Positions 1-13,449 of a stretch of DNA of 64,000 nt are shown piece by piece. How positions within the stretch are numbered: the stretch's first letter is position 1; each line of letters starts with the position of its first letter. The notes under the pieces are model-generated. The model saw nothing but the letters and a program-made list of their open reading frames with translations, was not told the DNA's origin and ran no database searches. The stretch is from Mobula hypostoma. Its lineage: Eukaryota. The stretch is taken from contig NC_086108.1 in NCBI RefSeq assembly GCF_963921235.1, forward strand, positions 107,138,001 to 107,202,000, read 5' to 3'. A program made the position numbers and the translations under genes.

Positions 1-1088
1 ACAAGACAATGACTCCATCCCCCCCGGCCCGTCCCCCCAACCAGCAAGTTCTCTGAGGATGAACTTGTTTGACCAGGCCATGAAGTTCCGACTGGACACG
101 GACTGGTGCACAAGGTGTTGCTGAGGCCACATTTGGAATAATGTGTTCGTATTAGGAAACTTTCAAAAAGACAGCATCCATCACTAAGGATCCCCATCAC
201 CCAGGTTTAGCCCCCTTCTCATTGCCATCAGGAAAGAGGTACAGAAGCTTGAAGGCACTCACTCGGTGATGCAGGAACAGCTTCTTCCCCTCTGCTGTCT
301 GATTCTGGATGGACAATGAACACATGAACACTACCTCACTACACTTTATAATTTAACTATTTAACGTATAGTATACTTGCTATAATACACAATTTTTTTC
401 TCTGTTATTATGTATTGCATCTTACTGCTGCCTCAAAGCCAAAAGATTTCCTGACATATGCTGGTGATATTAAGCCTAATAATGATTCTGACTCTGATAC
501 TGAATATAGACACAAGAGTTTCTGTAGATAGATGCTGGAAATCCAGAGCAACACACACAAACTGTTTGAGGAACTCAGCAGGTCAGGCAGCATCGATAGA
601 GAGAAACGAACAGTCAATTTTTTAAGCCTAGACTCATGAAGAGTCTTGTTGAAGGATCTCAACCCAAACTGTGGACTGTTTATTCCTCTCCATACATGTT
701 TATCAAACATAGACTTAAGATTATTTATCATGTGTACATCAGCACATGCATTAACAACAACACACCCCAGGGTGTGCTGGGAGTAACCCGCAAGTGTCGC
801 CACACATTTTGGGTGCTTTAGAAAGACGGCGTCCATCATTAAAGACCTCACCACCCAGGTCATGCTCTCTTCTCATTGCTACCATCAGGAAAGAGGTACA
901 GAAGCTTGAAGGCACTCACTCAGTGATGCAGAAACAGCTTCCTCTGCTCTGCCATCTGATAATAATAGCCAGCAGGATATGGCAGCAACTCAATACAACA
1001 AAGCATGCAGACATGGTCGAGAAGTTCAGTTGTTGGTCAGACAAAGCCAAAGAATGGGAAAGAAATGTGATCTACAGTAACTGACTTA

Positions 1089-1327
1089 CAGCAGTCCCCA
1101 ACCACCGGGCCACGGACCGGTACCGGGCCACAAAGCATGTGCTACCGGGCTGCGAGGAAACGCTCTGATTTGGCGATATGAAACGATATGAGTCAGCTGC
1201 ACCTTTCCTCATTCCCTGTCACACACTGTTGAACTTGAACACCACCCCCCCCCCACCCGCCGGCCAGTCCGCAAGAATATTGTCAATATTAAACCCGTCC
1301 GCAGTGCGAAAAGGTTGGGGACCCCTG
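1089..1327. mobile_element. hAT-like MITE inserted in the Tc1 remnant
   Basis: Terminal inverted repeats CAGCAGTCCCCAACC ... GGTTGGGGACCCCTG; ACTTA repeated on both flanks; no coding capacity. Confidence 0.7.
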
Positions 1328-1699
1328 ACTTAGACAGTGGAATGATTGTTGGTGCCAGATGAGGTGGTTTAAGTACCTCAGAAATTGTTGCTGCCTTGGG
1401 ATCTCTATGTACGACAGTCTCTAGAGTTTACAGAGATGATGCAAAAAACAAAAAGACATCCAGTAAGCAGCAGTTCTGTGCTTTTTATTATTTTTTAAAT
1501 TTTATTTATTTATTTTTACAGAACAGCATGGAGTAGGCCCTTCTGTCCCTTCAAATAACACCGTCCCTGCAACATCTGACAAACCCAATTACCCGTAACG
1601 TAATCACTGGACAATTTACTGAGACTATTTAACCTACCCGATACATCTTTGGACTGTGGGACGAATCTGGAGCATCCAGGGAAAGGGGAAAGGAGGAAG

Positions 1700-3045
1700 G
1701 CAGCAGAGAGGGAATTATTGACCAGTTAGCCTGATCTCAGAGTTGTTGGAGTCAAATGTTAAGGAGTACTTAGTGACACAGGACAGTATAAGATAAAGTC
1801 AGCATGGTTTCCTTAAGAGAAAATCTTATCTGACGAATCTGTTGGAATTCTTTGAGTAGATTACATGTAGGGTAGATAAAGGGGACGCAATGAACGTTGT
1901 ATATTTGGACTTCCAGAAGGCCTTTGACAAGGTGCCACACATGAGACTGCTTAAAGTTAATAGCCAATGGTATTGCAGGCAAGTTACTGGCATGGTTGGA
2001 GCATTAGCTTATTGGTAGGAGGCAGTGAGTGGGAATAAAAGCATCCTTTTGTGGTTGGCTGCTGGTGACTAGTGGTGTTCCATAGGGGTGGGTGTTGGGA
2101 TTGCTTCTCTTTTTTTGCGCTGTTTATCAATGATTTCGATGATGGAGTAGATGGCTTTCTTGCCAAGTTTGCAGATGATATGAAGCTTGGTGGAGGGACA
2201 GGTAATGTTGAGGAAGTAGGTAGGCTGCAGAAGGTATTAGACTGATTTGGAGAATGGGCAAGAAATTGGCAAATGAAATACAGTGTTGGAAAATGAATAG
2301 TCATGCATTTTGTTAGTAGAAATAAGTGTGCAGACTATTTTATAAACGGGGTGAAAATCCAAAATCTGAGATGCAAAGGGACTTGGGAGTCCTTGTGCAG
2401 AACTCCCTAAAGGTTAACTTGCAGGTAGAGTCGGTGTTGAGGAAGGCAAATGCAATGTTAACATTTGTTTCACGAGCTCTAGAATACAAGAACGAGGATG
2501 CGATGCTGAGGCTTTATAAGGCTGAGGCCTCATCTTGAGTATTGTGAACAGGTTTGGGCTCGTCATCTACGAACAGATGTGCTGGCATTTGAGAGGGTCC
2601 AGAGACATTTCACAAGGTTGAGTCTGGGAATGAAAGGGTTCTCACTGGATGATGGGGGATCTCAATGAACCCTTTCAAATGTTGAAAGGCCTAGACAGGG
2701 TAGAGGATGTTTCCCATGGCAGGGGAGTCCAGGACAAGAGGGAACAGCCTCAGGATGGAGGGGCATCTATTTAAAACAGATATATGGAGAAATTTCTTCA
2801 GTCAGTAGATGGTGAATTTATGAATTTATTCCCACGGACAGCTGTAGAGGCCAGGTCGTTGGGTGTGTTTAAAGCGGAGATTGATAGGTTCTTGATTGGA
2901 CACAGCATCAAAGGATACAGGGAGAATGCCTGGGAACAGGGTTGAAGGGGTGGAAAAAAAGATCAGCCATGGTTGAATGGCCGAGCAGACTTGATGGGCC
3001 AAATGGCCTACTTCTGCTCCTATGTCTTATGGTCTTATGATCTTA
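1700..3045 (+). mobile_element. CR1-clade LINE, 5'-truncated, degenerate
   Basis: Broken RT motifs ([17 protein letters not shown]) and CR1 ORF2 C-terminus; (TCTTATGG)-type 3' tail. Confidence 0.9.
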
Positions 3046-3978
3046 TGGAAACCCATGCACTTCATGGAGAGAAATCGACATACTGGCACTGATATTGAAC
3101 TCAGATCTCCGGAATGCCCATGGTGCCCATTCTGTACGTACAAACGTACTTTGTCAGTGAGAGAGGTCAGAGGAGATTGGCCAAACAGGTTCAAACTGAC
3201 AGGAAGTTGACAGTAACTCAAATTACCACACATTACAACAGTGGTTTGCAGAAGAGCATCTCTGAATGCACAGCATGCCAAGCCTTGAAGTGGATGGGCT
3301 ACAGCAGCAGAAGACCATGAACATATACCCTGTGGCCACGGAGTGTCCATAACCAATAAAACCACATTTTCGCATCAGCTGAAGCAAGCAGAATACTAAA
3401 GGACACCCATGCTGGTATGGCAGAGGATATAAAGGTTTACCAGAGTAGCTCTAATGAGGAAGAATCTTCAAATATATGGTGTAACTCAAGAAACTGTGAT
3501 AGCACAGCAGATGAGGCAAGGATTCAGAGAGGATTATTACTGAAGGATACTCAAATAGGAACCAGAGGGGTGATGGAGATCTTATCACATAGTAAGCTGA
3601 AATTGTATTTGTCAGAAACAATGATGGAGACTAAAGAAATCCAGTGACCACGACCAATTTTTGTCAATACATGATAGAACGCCTTCTGTCTGGGTGCTTC
3701 ACTGCTTGATATGACAACTGCTCTGCACATGACTGCGAGAAACCGCAAAGAGTTGTGGTCACGGTCTAGCACATCAGAGAAAACAGCCTCCCCTCAGTGG
3801 ACTGTCTATACTTTTCATAGCCTCAGAAAAGCCACCAGCACAATCACCCCACTCCTCCCACCCCACCACACCCACCCCCAACACACCCCCTGGGCGATCT
3901 CTCTTCTCCTCTCTTCCATCAGACAGAAAATATAAAAGCCTGAAAGCATGTACCACCAGGCTCCAGGACCACTTCTAC

Positions 3979-4022
3979 TCTCCTACTCTCCTACTCTTTT
4001 CTCTCTCTCTCTCTCTCTCTCC

Positions 4023-4073
<51 letters not shown>

Positions 4074-4402
4074 CTTTTTCTCTCTCTGTCCCTCTGACTA
4101 TACCCCTTGCCCATCCTCTGGGTTTTTTCCCACCCTCCGCCTTTTCCTTCTCCCTGGGCCTCCTGTCCCATGCTCCTCTCATATCCCTTTTGCCTATCAC
4201 CTGTCCAGCTCTTGGCTCCATCCCTCCCCCTCCTGTCTTCTCCTATCATTTTGGATCTCCCCCTCCCCCTCCCACTTTCAAATCCGTTACTTACTCTTCC
4301 TTCAGTTAGTCCTGACGAAGGGTCTCGGCCCGAAACGTCGACTGTACCTCTTCCTAGAGATGCTGCCTGGCCTGCTGCGTTCACCAGCAACTTTGATGTG
4401 TC
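3979..4402 (+). mobile_element. Penelope-like terminal-repeat fragment with expanded (TC)n
   Basis: Near-identical to 36460-36790. Flanked by a 10-bp direct repeat CCACTTCTAC (3969-3978, 4403-4412) inside a Rex1-like 3' fragment. Confidence 0.85.
4308..4343 (+). ncRNA. Minimal type I hammerhead ribozyme motif
   Basis: AGTC-CTGACGA-A-GGGTC-TC-GGCCC-GAAAC-GTC-GACT: stem I AGUC/GACU, core CUGANGA, stem II, GAAA, palindromic ACGU stem III, GUC cleavage triplet (predicted cut after 4339). Confidence 0.8.
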
Positions 4403-4619
4403 CCACTTCTACCCTACTGTTATAAGACTATAAAATAGTTCCCTCGTACAATTAGTTACACCTCTGATATTATAATCTGTCTCATTATGAACCTACACCC
4501 TATTATTTACCTGCACTGCACCTTCTCTGTGGCTGTTACACTGTATTCTGCATTGTAATGGCTTACGTTTTCTCTGCCTCAATATACTGTGCAATGATCT
4601 GACTTATTTTATATTTTCA

Positions 4620-4860
4620 TTGAGAGATACAGTTTGGTCCTTCTGGCCCAACAAGCCCATGCCACCTAATTACAAGAACGTGATCAATTAGCCTACTCAC
4701 TGGTACCTCCTTTGAAAGTGGGAGGAAACTGGAGCACCCAGAGGAAACCCACACGGTCACGGATAGAAGGTACAAGCTCCTTACAGAAAGCAGCGGAACT
4801 GAACTCAGGTCGTTGGCACCGTAATAGCTAATCGCAGACCACTGGTGCTACGGTGCCACA
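4620..4860 (-). mobile_element. tRNA-derived SINE (abundant family; relatives ~1500-1680, 14440-14712, 41880-42130 minus; 44530-44720, 49220-49990 plus)
   Basis: Minus strand has a tRNA-like head with a GAGTTCAGTTCC B-box-like motif, a shared core GTGACCGTGTGGGTTTCC and a CR1-like 3' end (...CTGTATCTC). Confidence 0.65.
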
Positions 4861-5989
4861 ACCATATGAACAGAATGCAAAACAAACTTTTCCCTGTATC
4901 TCGGCATATATCAGAATCTGAATCAGAATCGGTTTTATTATTCTGACATGCTCGTGGCTATGAAGATCGAAGCCTGAAACATCGACTGTTTATTCATCTC
5001 CATAGATGCTGCCTGACCAGCCAAGTTTCTCCAGCATCACTTCTGTTGTTGAATGGTCACAGTCTTTTTCCCTCTAGAGGGCATAAATTGAGAGGGAAGA
5101 AATTTAAACGGGACCTGATTTTCACACAAGGTGGTGTGCAATATGAGCTGCCAGAGGAAGTGGTTGATGTGGGTGCAATTTAGCAGCATCAGTGCAGTGC
5201 AATATATAAAAGTTACTATAAATTAAAATTTAAAAATATAAAATAAATAGTACAAAAAGAGATCAAAATAGTGGGGTAGTGTTCATGTGTTCATGAATGA
5301 AAGACCACTATTAATGATAAAACCATGCAAGTTCATAACTTTTATCAAAATTAACTATTTTTCTGGATTGCTTGGCCATTTCTCCATAGAAAAGGATTTG
5401 AGAAAATGAACTGTTTCTTCAGAGAGGATGAATTCTCAGGAATTTTTAGAAGAGCAAGATAAAAGGTTAATCAGAATTTGCTTCTCCCAGAGATGGAATA
5501 GAGAGCAGTTTGTTGGTTTATGTATTGTGAAAATATGCTGTACTATTGTATTGCAAACCCCTTTGATCTCTCGGCATAAAAGGTACAGGCTTCTTAACAC
5601 AGTGAGATGCTTTTAAGAACAGAAATTTGACAGCTAGAAAGGCATTCAGGTATCCAGAAGAAGGACAGTTAGGCAGAAACTGTGAGAGACAGGAAACAGG
5701 GAACTGCAAAAGAAAATGGTTCTTCTTTGAAAAACAATGGTGTAGCAACAGATAATTATATCCATGAAACAAATGAATTACTGAAACACTTGAAAACGTT
5801 TTACAAAGGAGTAGCAAGCAACAAAAATTGGAAATAAATACAAGCACGTTCTTCTGTGTAATAGCCCAGATCTATCAGAGGCTCCAATGCATAGGATCAT
5901 AAGAGACTGCAAAGAGATGTAGACTCAGTCCTCCCTACCACCAAGAACATCTTCAAAAGATGGTGCCTCTAGAAGGCAGTATTCATTAC

Positions 5990-6325
5990 TAATTTACTTA
6001 TTTACTGCCTATTACACCGCTGGCATTTAGGACAGCAATGAACGTCCTCCATCTCTGTCTGTCCATACTGCCGCACACAGATGTAGAAGGATTCTTCATT
6101 GCTGTTTCCATAACGATTGATTTTTTTTAACCATTGAAGGTTGTTAGCCCTGAGCTGAACCCCTGAACCTGGAGGACCGGTGAACTTCTCTTAGTCTGGC
6201 CTCTACCCTTTGATCTGTTTGGCATGAGTGACCCTACCAAGCGCCAAATCATAAAGCCCTGACTCCAGCCAACATAGCTCTCTGAGTTATTGAGGCTCAC
6301 AAGCATCCCAACCTTACAAGAAGGT
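5990..6325 (-). mobile_element. Short non-coding retroposon with RTE-like 3' end (second copy ~58750-59160)
   Basis: Two dispersed similar copies in the window; minus-strand end ...AAATGCCAGCGGTGTAATAGGCAGTAAATAAGTAA. RTE assignment is inferred. Confidence 0.55.
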
Positions 6326-6861
6326 TGTGGCTCTGTAAGAGAATCAATCAACGAGGACCCTCACCATTTTGGACCTGCCTCTTTTTGTTACTTTCATCAT
6401 GGAGAAGGTACAGGAGCCTGCAGACCCATGCTCAGCAATTCAGAAAGACCTTCATTCACTCCACCATTAGGTTTCTAAACAGTGCAGGAAATCTTAAACA
6501 CATTCTTGCGTTGCATCTTTTTGCTCTATTTATTTACCTTTGCAGTTTGTAGAAGGTTTCTGACTTTGCTTTGTACTGCTGCTGCAGAGCAATAAATTCC
6601 ATGTCACTTAAGTTTGTGATAATAAATCTGAGTCTGATTCTCATTCTGATTCAAGGTAATGTTGTGTTATGGTTTGGATCTTCCTCCTGTGGCACCATTT
6701 CATAAATGCATTACATTGTATAAATTGTTTGCTTTCAATTCAGAAACTCTGATGGTTCTTATGTCCTTCTGTGGTTCACTGTACTGAGGGACCTGTACTG
6801 TGTTGTGTTGTTCTACGTTTGACTCAATAAAGCCTGCCTCATTGGAGAAAGAAAAGGGGAA

Positions 6862-7485
6862 ATAGAAACATAGAAAACCTATAGGACAGTACAGGCCTTT
6901 CGGCCCACAAAGCTGTGCCAAACATATCCTTACCTTAAAAATTACCTATCGTATCTGCCTCCACCACCATCGCCGGCAGCCCATCCCACACACTCACCAC
7001 TCTCTGCGTAAAAAAACTTACTCCTGACATCTTCTCTGTCCCTACTTCCAAGCACCTTAAAACTGTGCCCCCTCCTGCTAGCCATTTCAGCCCTGGGAAA
7101 AAGCCTCTGACTATCCACACAATCAATGCCTCTCATCATCTTATACACCTCTATCAGGTCACCTCTCATCCTCCATCGCTCCAAGGAGAAAAGGCCGAGT
7201 TCACTCAACCTATTCTCATAAGGCATGCTCCCCAATCCAGGCAACATCCTTGTAAATCTCCTCTGTACCTTCCACATCCTTCCTGTAGTGAGGTGACCAG
7301 AACTGAGCACAGTACTCCAAGTGGGGTCTAACTAGGGTCCTATATAGCTGCAACATTACTTCTCGGCTCTTAAACTCAATCCCATGATTGATGAAGGCCA
7401 ATGCACCATATGCTTTCTTAACCACAGAGTCAACCTGCGCGGCAGCTTTAAGTGTCCTATGGACTTGGACCCCAAGATCACTCTG
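6862..7485 (-). mobile_element. CR1-clade LINE 3' fragment
   Basis: ORFs 7216..7425 and 6942..7310 (LVRPHLEYCAQFWSPHY, RMRGDLIEVYK); (TTTCTATG)n tail. Confidence 0.9.
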
Positions 7486-7639
7486 ATTTTCTACCTGAAA
7501 GGAAAATGGAGGGTTATGTGGAAAGGAATGGTTTGACTGATTTTGTGCAGCAGGTTAAAAGGTCAACAGTACACTGTGGGCCAAAAGGCCAAAAGGACTG
7601 GCCTGTTCCATGTTCTATGTATATTTTATTTTTTACGTA

Positions 7640-8232
7640 CTGAAATTCAAATATCTTGGCAGCCTAATAACAAGTAATGGCAGGTACGACACAGATATCA
7701 AATACAAAATAGCAATGGCGAGAGAAGCTTTCCAAAAAATGAAGACCATATTAACAGACAGAAAGATGAGCACGTGCACTAAAATCAGAATACTGCAGTG
7801 CTATATTTATTCTATCCTGACTTATGGAAGTGAATGCTGGACCATTTTCCCAGCAATGGAAAAGAGACTAGAAGCAGCTGAATTATGGTTCTACAGGAGA
7901 ATGTTAAAAATATCATGGACCACACACACATCAAATGAAGAAGTTCTCAGAAGAGCCCAAGCAGTTCGATCACTCATACCAACAATAAGAGAAAGACAAC
8001 TCAGATTCCTAGGACACATCATGCGGAAAGATGAACTAGAAAAACTCATACTCTCTGGAAAGATTGCGGGGAGTAAACCTGGAGGAAGACCTCGGCTTAT
8101 GTACATCAAAAACATAGCCAGGTAGCTACACATTGAGGAAATGAAAGTCATCCAAAAAACGAAGGATAGATCTGTATGGAAAACCATGGTCACCAAAGTC
8201 TGCATCGGATATGGTACCTAGACAGACAGACA
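7640..8232 (+). mobile_element. RTE-clade LINE 3' fragment
   Basis: 7610..8125 encodes FKYLGSLIT...ILTYGSECWT...QLRFLGHIMRK...GRPR, a typical RTE C-terminal region; (AGAC)n tail. Confidence 0.85.
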
Positions 8233-8984
8233 GAAATTCTGCCTTATTCGAGGAACATATAGGACTGATGAAGGAAAAATAGAGGGCTACATGGATGGAG
8301 AGGATCAGATTGATCTCAGAGTACGTTAAAAAGTCAACACAACATCATAGGCTGAAGGGCTTGTACTGTTCTGTTTTATTCTCTTTAATTGATTGGAACG
8401 ATTGCTTGACCGGTGTTGGGTGATCAATAAATTACCTCTAGGTACAATAGGAACAGCCTGATTTTTATACATTGCATTCAAACAGATTATTTCAACATGA
8501 CAGGGTTCATGAGTCTATGGTTAAATACGTTCTATGGAAGGTAGTCCCTCTGTCAGTGTGGAGCTTCTCCCACAAGCTGGGAGGATATCGGCCTTAATTT
8601 TCAGGTTCAGATGAGTCTATTATCATACAGTGACAAGCACAAAACAGTAGAATGAAACAAAGATTGTAGCGCAGAAAGAAATGCTAATCTGACAGTAACA
8701 GTGCAGCAGAGAGAGGTAGAGATAAGGTTTTGAGAAGTTGGCAGAACCGACAGGAACAGAATATGAAAGAGGAGATTGATTCGGAAGTCTGATAGCAGTG
8801 GCGAAGAAGTTGTTCCTGAGTTTTGTTGTCCAGGCCTTCAAGCTCTTGCATATTCTCACAGAAGGTGGAAGAGAGAAAAGGGAATGACCAGGGTGGCAGC
8901 AACCATGGTGAACTTTGTTCTAAAGTAACGCACCATGAAGCAGGACCGGAGAGAAGGAAGTGACAAACCAGTGGTTAACTGGCT

Positions 8985-11900
8985 CATGTTTGGATCAGCA
9001 ACCTGTATGATGAAATCGATGGTTTTCTGGTCAAGTTTACAGAAGATACGAAGGTAAGTGGAGGAGCAGGTATTTTTGGGGAAGCAGAGAGGCTGCGGAA
9101 AGTTTTAGGCAGATTGAGAGAATGCGCGAAGAGCTGGCAGATGGAATACAGTGTCAGGAATTGTATTGTCCTGCACTTTGATAGAAGGAATAAAAGCATA
9201 GACTATTTTCTAAATGGAGGGAAAATTTGAAAATCCCAAGTGCAAAGTGATTTGGGAGTCCTCGTGCAGGATTCCCTAAAGGTTAATTTTCAGGTTGAGT
9301 TTGTGGTGAGGAAGGCAAATACATTGTTAGCATTCACTTTAAAACATAGAAACAGAGAAACATAGAAAATAGGTGCAGGAGTAGGCCATTCAGCCCTTCA
9401 AGCCTGCACCACCATTTATTATGATCATGGCTGATCATCCAACTCAGAACCCTGTACCAGCCTTCCCTCCACACCCGCTGATCCCTTTAGCCACAAGGGC
9501 CATATCTAACTCCCTCTTAAATATAGCCAATGAACTGGCCTCAACTGTTTCCTGTGGCAGAGAATTCCACAGATTCACTACTCTCTGTGTGAAGAAGTTT
9601 TTCCTAATCTTGGTCCTAAAAGGCTTCCCCTTTATCCTCAAACTGTGACCCCTCGTTCTGGACTTCCCCAACATCGGGAACAATCTTCCTGCATCTAGCC
9701 TGTCCAATCCCTTTAGGATTTTATACGTTTCAATCAGATCCCCCCTCAATCTTCTAAATTCAAACGAGTATAAGCCTAGTTCATCCAGTCTTTCATCATA
9801 TGAAAGTCCTGCCATCCCAGGAATCAATCTGCTGATCCTCCTTTGTACTCCCTCTATGGCAAGGATGTCTTTCCTCAGATTAGGGGACCAAAACTGCTCA
9901 CAATACTCCAGGTGTGGTCTCACCAAGGCCTTGTACAACTGCAGTAGTACTTCCCTGCTCCTGTACTCGATTCCTTTTGCTATAAATGCCAGCATACCAT
10001 TCGCCTTTTTCACCGCCTGCTGTACCTGCATGCCCACTTTCAAAGACTAGTGTATAATGACACCCAGGTCTTGTTGCACCTCCCCTTTTCCTAATTGGCC
10101 ACCATTCAGATAATAATCTGTTTTCCTGTTTTTGCCACCAAAGTGGATAACTTCACATTTATCCACATTAAATTGCATCTGCCATGAATTTGCCCACTCA
10201 CCTAACCTATCCAAGTCACCCTGCATCCTCTTAGCATCCTCCTCACAGCTAACACTGCCGCCCAGCTTCGTGTCATCCACAAACTTGGAGATGCTGCATT
10301 TAATTCCCTCATCTGAGTCATTAATATATATAAACGACTGGGGTCCCAGCACTGAGCCTTGTGGTACCCCACTAGTCACTGCCTGCCATTCTGAAAAGGT
10401 CCTGTTTATTCCCACTCTTTGCTTCCTGTCTGCTGACCAATTCTCCACCCACACCAATACCTTACCCCCAATACCGTGTGCTTTAAGTTTGCACACTAAT
10501 CTCCTGTGTGGGACCTTGTCAAAAGCCTTTTGAAAATCCAAATATACCACATCCACTGGTTCTCCCCTATCCTCTCTACTAGTTACATCCTCAAAAAATT
10601 CTATGAGATTCCTCAGACATGATTTTCCTTTCACAAATCCATGCTGACTTTGTCCGATGATTTCACCGCTTTCCAAATGTGCTGTTATCACATCTTTGAT
10701 AACTGACTCTAGCAGTTTCCCCACCACCGATGTTAGGCTAACTCGTCTATAATTCCTTGGTTTCTCTCTCCTTCCTTTTTTAAAAAGTGGGGTTACATTA
10801 GCCACCCTCCAATCCTCAGGAACTAGTCCAGAATCTAAATAGTTTTGAAAAATTATCACTAATGCATCCACTATTTCTTGGGCTACTTCCTTAAGCACTC
10901 TGGGATGCAGACCAACTGGCCCTGGGGATTTATCTGCCTTTAATCCCTTCAATTTACCTAACACCACTTCCCTACTAACATGTATTTCACTCAGTTCCTC
11001 CATCTCACTGGACCCTCTGTCCCCTACTATTTCCGGAAGATTATTTATGTCTTCCTTAGTGAAGACAGAGCCAAAGTAATTATTCAATTGGTCTGCCATG
11101 TCCTTGTTCCCCATAATCAATTCACCTGTTTCTGTCTGTAGGGGACCTACATTTGTCTTAATCAATCTTGTTCTTTTCACATATCTATCAAAGCTTTTAC
11201 AGTCAGTTTTTATGTTCCCTGCCAGTTTTCTCTCATAATCTTTTTTCCCCTTCCTAACTAAGCCCTTTGACCTCCTCGGCTGAACTCTGAATTTCTCCCA
11301 GTCCTCAGGTGAGCCACTTTTTCTGGCTAATTTGTATGCTTCTTCTTTGGAATTGATACTATCCCTAATTTCCCTTGTCAGCCACGGGTGCACTACCTTC
11401 CTTGATTTATTCTTTTGCCAAACTGGGATGAACAATTGTTGTAGTTCATCCATGCGAGCTTTAAATGCTTGCCATTGCATATCCACCGTCAACCCTTTAA
11501 GTGTCATTTGCCAGTCTATCTTAGCTAATTCACGTCTCATACCTTCAAAGTTACCCTTCTTTAAGTTCAGAACCTTTGTTTCTGAATTAACTATGTCACT
11601 CTCCATCTTAATGAAGATTTCCACCATATTATGGTCACTCTTACCCAAGGGGCCTCTCACGACAAGATTGCTAATTAACCCTTCCTCATTGCTCAATACC
11701 CAGTCTAGAATAGCCTGCTTTCTAGTTGGTTCCTCGACATGTTGGTTCAAAAAATCATCCCGCATACATTCCAACAAATCCTCTTCCTCAGCACCCTTAC
11801 CAATTTGGTTCACCCAATCTACATGTAGATTGAAGTCACCCATTATAACTGCTGTTCCCTTATTGCACACATTTATAATTTCCTGTTTAGTACCATCCCC

Positions 11901-12772
11901 AACCTCAGTACTACTGTTAGGTGGCCTGTACACAATCCCACCAGCGTTTTCTGCCCCTTAGTGTTATGCAGCTCTACCCATATCGATTCCACATCCTCCC
12001 GGCTAACGTCCTTCCTTTCTATTGCATTAATCTCCTCTCTAACCAGCAACGCCACCCCACCTCCTTTTCTTTCATGTCTATCCCTCCTGAATATTGAATA
12101 TCCCTGAATGTTGAGCTCCCATCCTTGGTCACCCTGGAGCCATGTCTCCATAAGGGGACTAGGATGCAGCAAAGGTATAATGCTGAGGCTGTATAAGGCC
12201 TCACTTGGAATTCTCTGAGCAGTTTTGGGCCCTTTATTAAGTAAGGATGTGCTGACATTGGAAAGAGTTCAGAGGAGGTTCATGAAAATGATTCCAGGAA
12301 TGAAAGGGTTATCATATGAGCAGCAATTGAAGGCTCTGGGCCTGTACTTGCTGAAATCTAAAAGAACGGTGGCGGGGGGGCGGGGGGAATCTCAATGAAA
12401 ACCATTGAATGTTGGAAGGCCTAGATAGAGTGGATTTGAAGAGGAGATTTCCTTTGGTGGGTTGCCTAGACCAGAGGGCACTGACTCAAGATAGGGGGAA
12501 GTCCATTTAGACAGAGATAAGAAGGGATTTTTTTAGCCAGAGGGTGGTGAATCTTTGGAATTCATTGCCACAGGTGGCTGTGGATGCCTGGTCACTAGGT
12601 GCATTTAAGGCAGAGGTTGATAGGTTCTTGATTAGTTAGGACTTGAAAGGTTGTGGGGAGAATGGAGTTGAGAAGGAAATGGATTAGCCATGGTGAAATG
12701 GCAGAGCAGACTTGATAGGACGAATGGACTAATTCTACTCTCATGACTTATGGTCAGATAATCTTATGGTTT
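8985..12772 (+). mobile_element. Older CR1 fragment (8985-9340 and 12151-12772) interrupted by a younger antisense CR1
   Basis: CR1 sequence breaks at ...TTAGCATTCACTTT (~9340) and resumes AAGGGGACTAG... (~12152). Confidence 0.8.
9342..12150 (-). mobile_element. Young CR1-clade LINE, 5'-truncated in the endonuclease domain
   Basis: ORF2 pieces 11873..12172, 10047..11933 (628 aa: [40 protein letters not shown]) and 9444..10043, separated by one frameshift and one stop; (TTTCTATG)n tail. Confidence 0.95.
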
Positions 12773-13449
12773 TCTTTTCTCTGCATGTTAATATCTTACC
12801 AGAACAGAGCAGTTACCATACCAGGCTGAAATGCAAACCATTAGGGTGCTTTCTATTACAAAATTTGGACTTCATCCATGTGAATCCCACCTTCTGAGTT
12901 AGAGATGAACGTTCTGCTCACTGGACTTTTTAGCTCAATGCTACATGACCATAATGGAGCAATTGGCAGGGATCCCTCACAAATTGGTACAGAAACATCA
13001 ATTCCCAGGAAAGGAATAAATCTACAGTGAGCAGTGGATACAACCCAGTCCATCCATCACATGCAAAGCCCTCCCCTCCACTGAGTGCATTTCAAGCTCA
13101 AGTTTAAGTAAATTCCATTTAAACATTGAATTTGAATTGAATCAAGTTCAACTTAAAAAATAATAAGGTGTATTTACAATACGAGATAAAAAGTAAACAG
13201 TATAACACTACTGGCCCTTCATATGTGATAAGACCTGGGTGGTGGCAGGGCGTTCAGCAGTCTTACATCCTGGGATAAGAAGCTGTTCCCATCCTAACAA
13301 TCCTTGTCCTAATGTTACAATCCTCCTGGTACAGGTGTCAAAGCGATTGTTGGATAGATGGGAAGGATCATTGCCAATGCTAAGTACCATGTGTACAGAG
13401 CATTCCTGATAATTATCTTTGCTGGTTGGAAGAGAGATGCCCTCAGCAG

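Larger units (their letters stand above)
1020..3338 (+). mobile_element. Degenerate Tc1/mariner-type DNA transposon, split by later insertions (pieces ~1020-1480 and ~3140-3338)
   Basis: 3114..3320 encodes a Tc1-like N-terminal HTH segment (ERGQRRLAKQVQTDRKLTVTQITTHYNSGLQKSISECTACQALKWMGYSSRRP). The upstream piece matches the reverse complement of 31160-31350. Ends in ...GTGGCCAC like the termini of the 24036-31997 copy. Confidence 0.7.

Noticed and set aside
408..863. 151-aa ORF
   Set aside because: Crosses several unrelated repeat fragments; no recognisable domain.
3983..4433. Arg/Glu-rich and Pro-rich ORFs (also 24552..24971, 36542..36794)
   Set aside because: Translations of the Penelope terminal repeat and (TC)n microsatellite.
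5518..5680. Possible minus-strand terminal exon after acceptor CCTGTCTCTCACAG
   Set aside because: Acceptor-like only; no recognisable peptide or other support.
10132..11961. Plus-strand ORFs of 133 and 209 aa
   Set aside because: Antisense shadows of CR1 ORF2.
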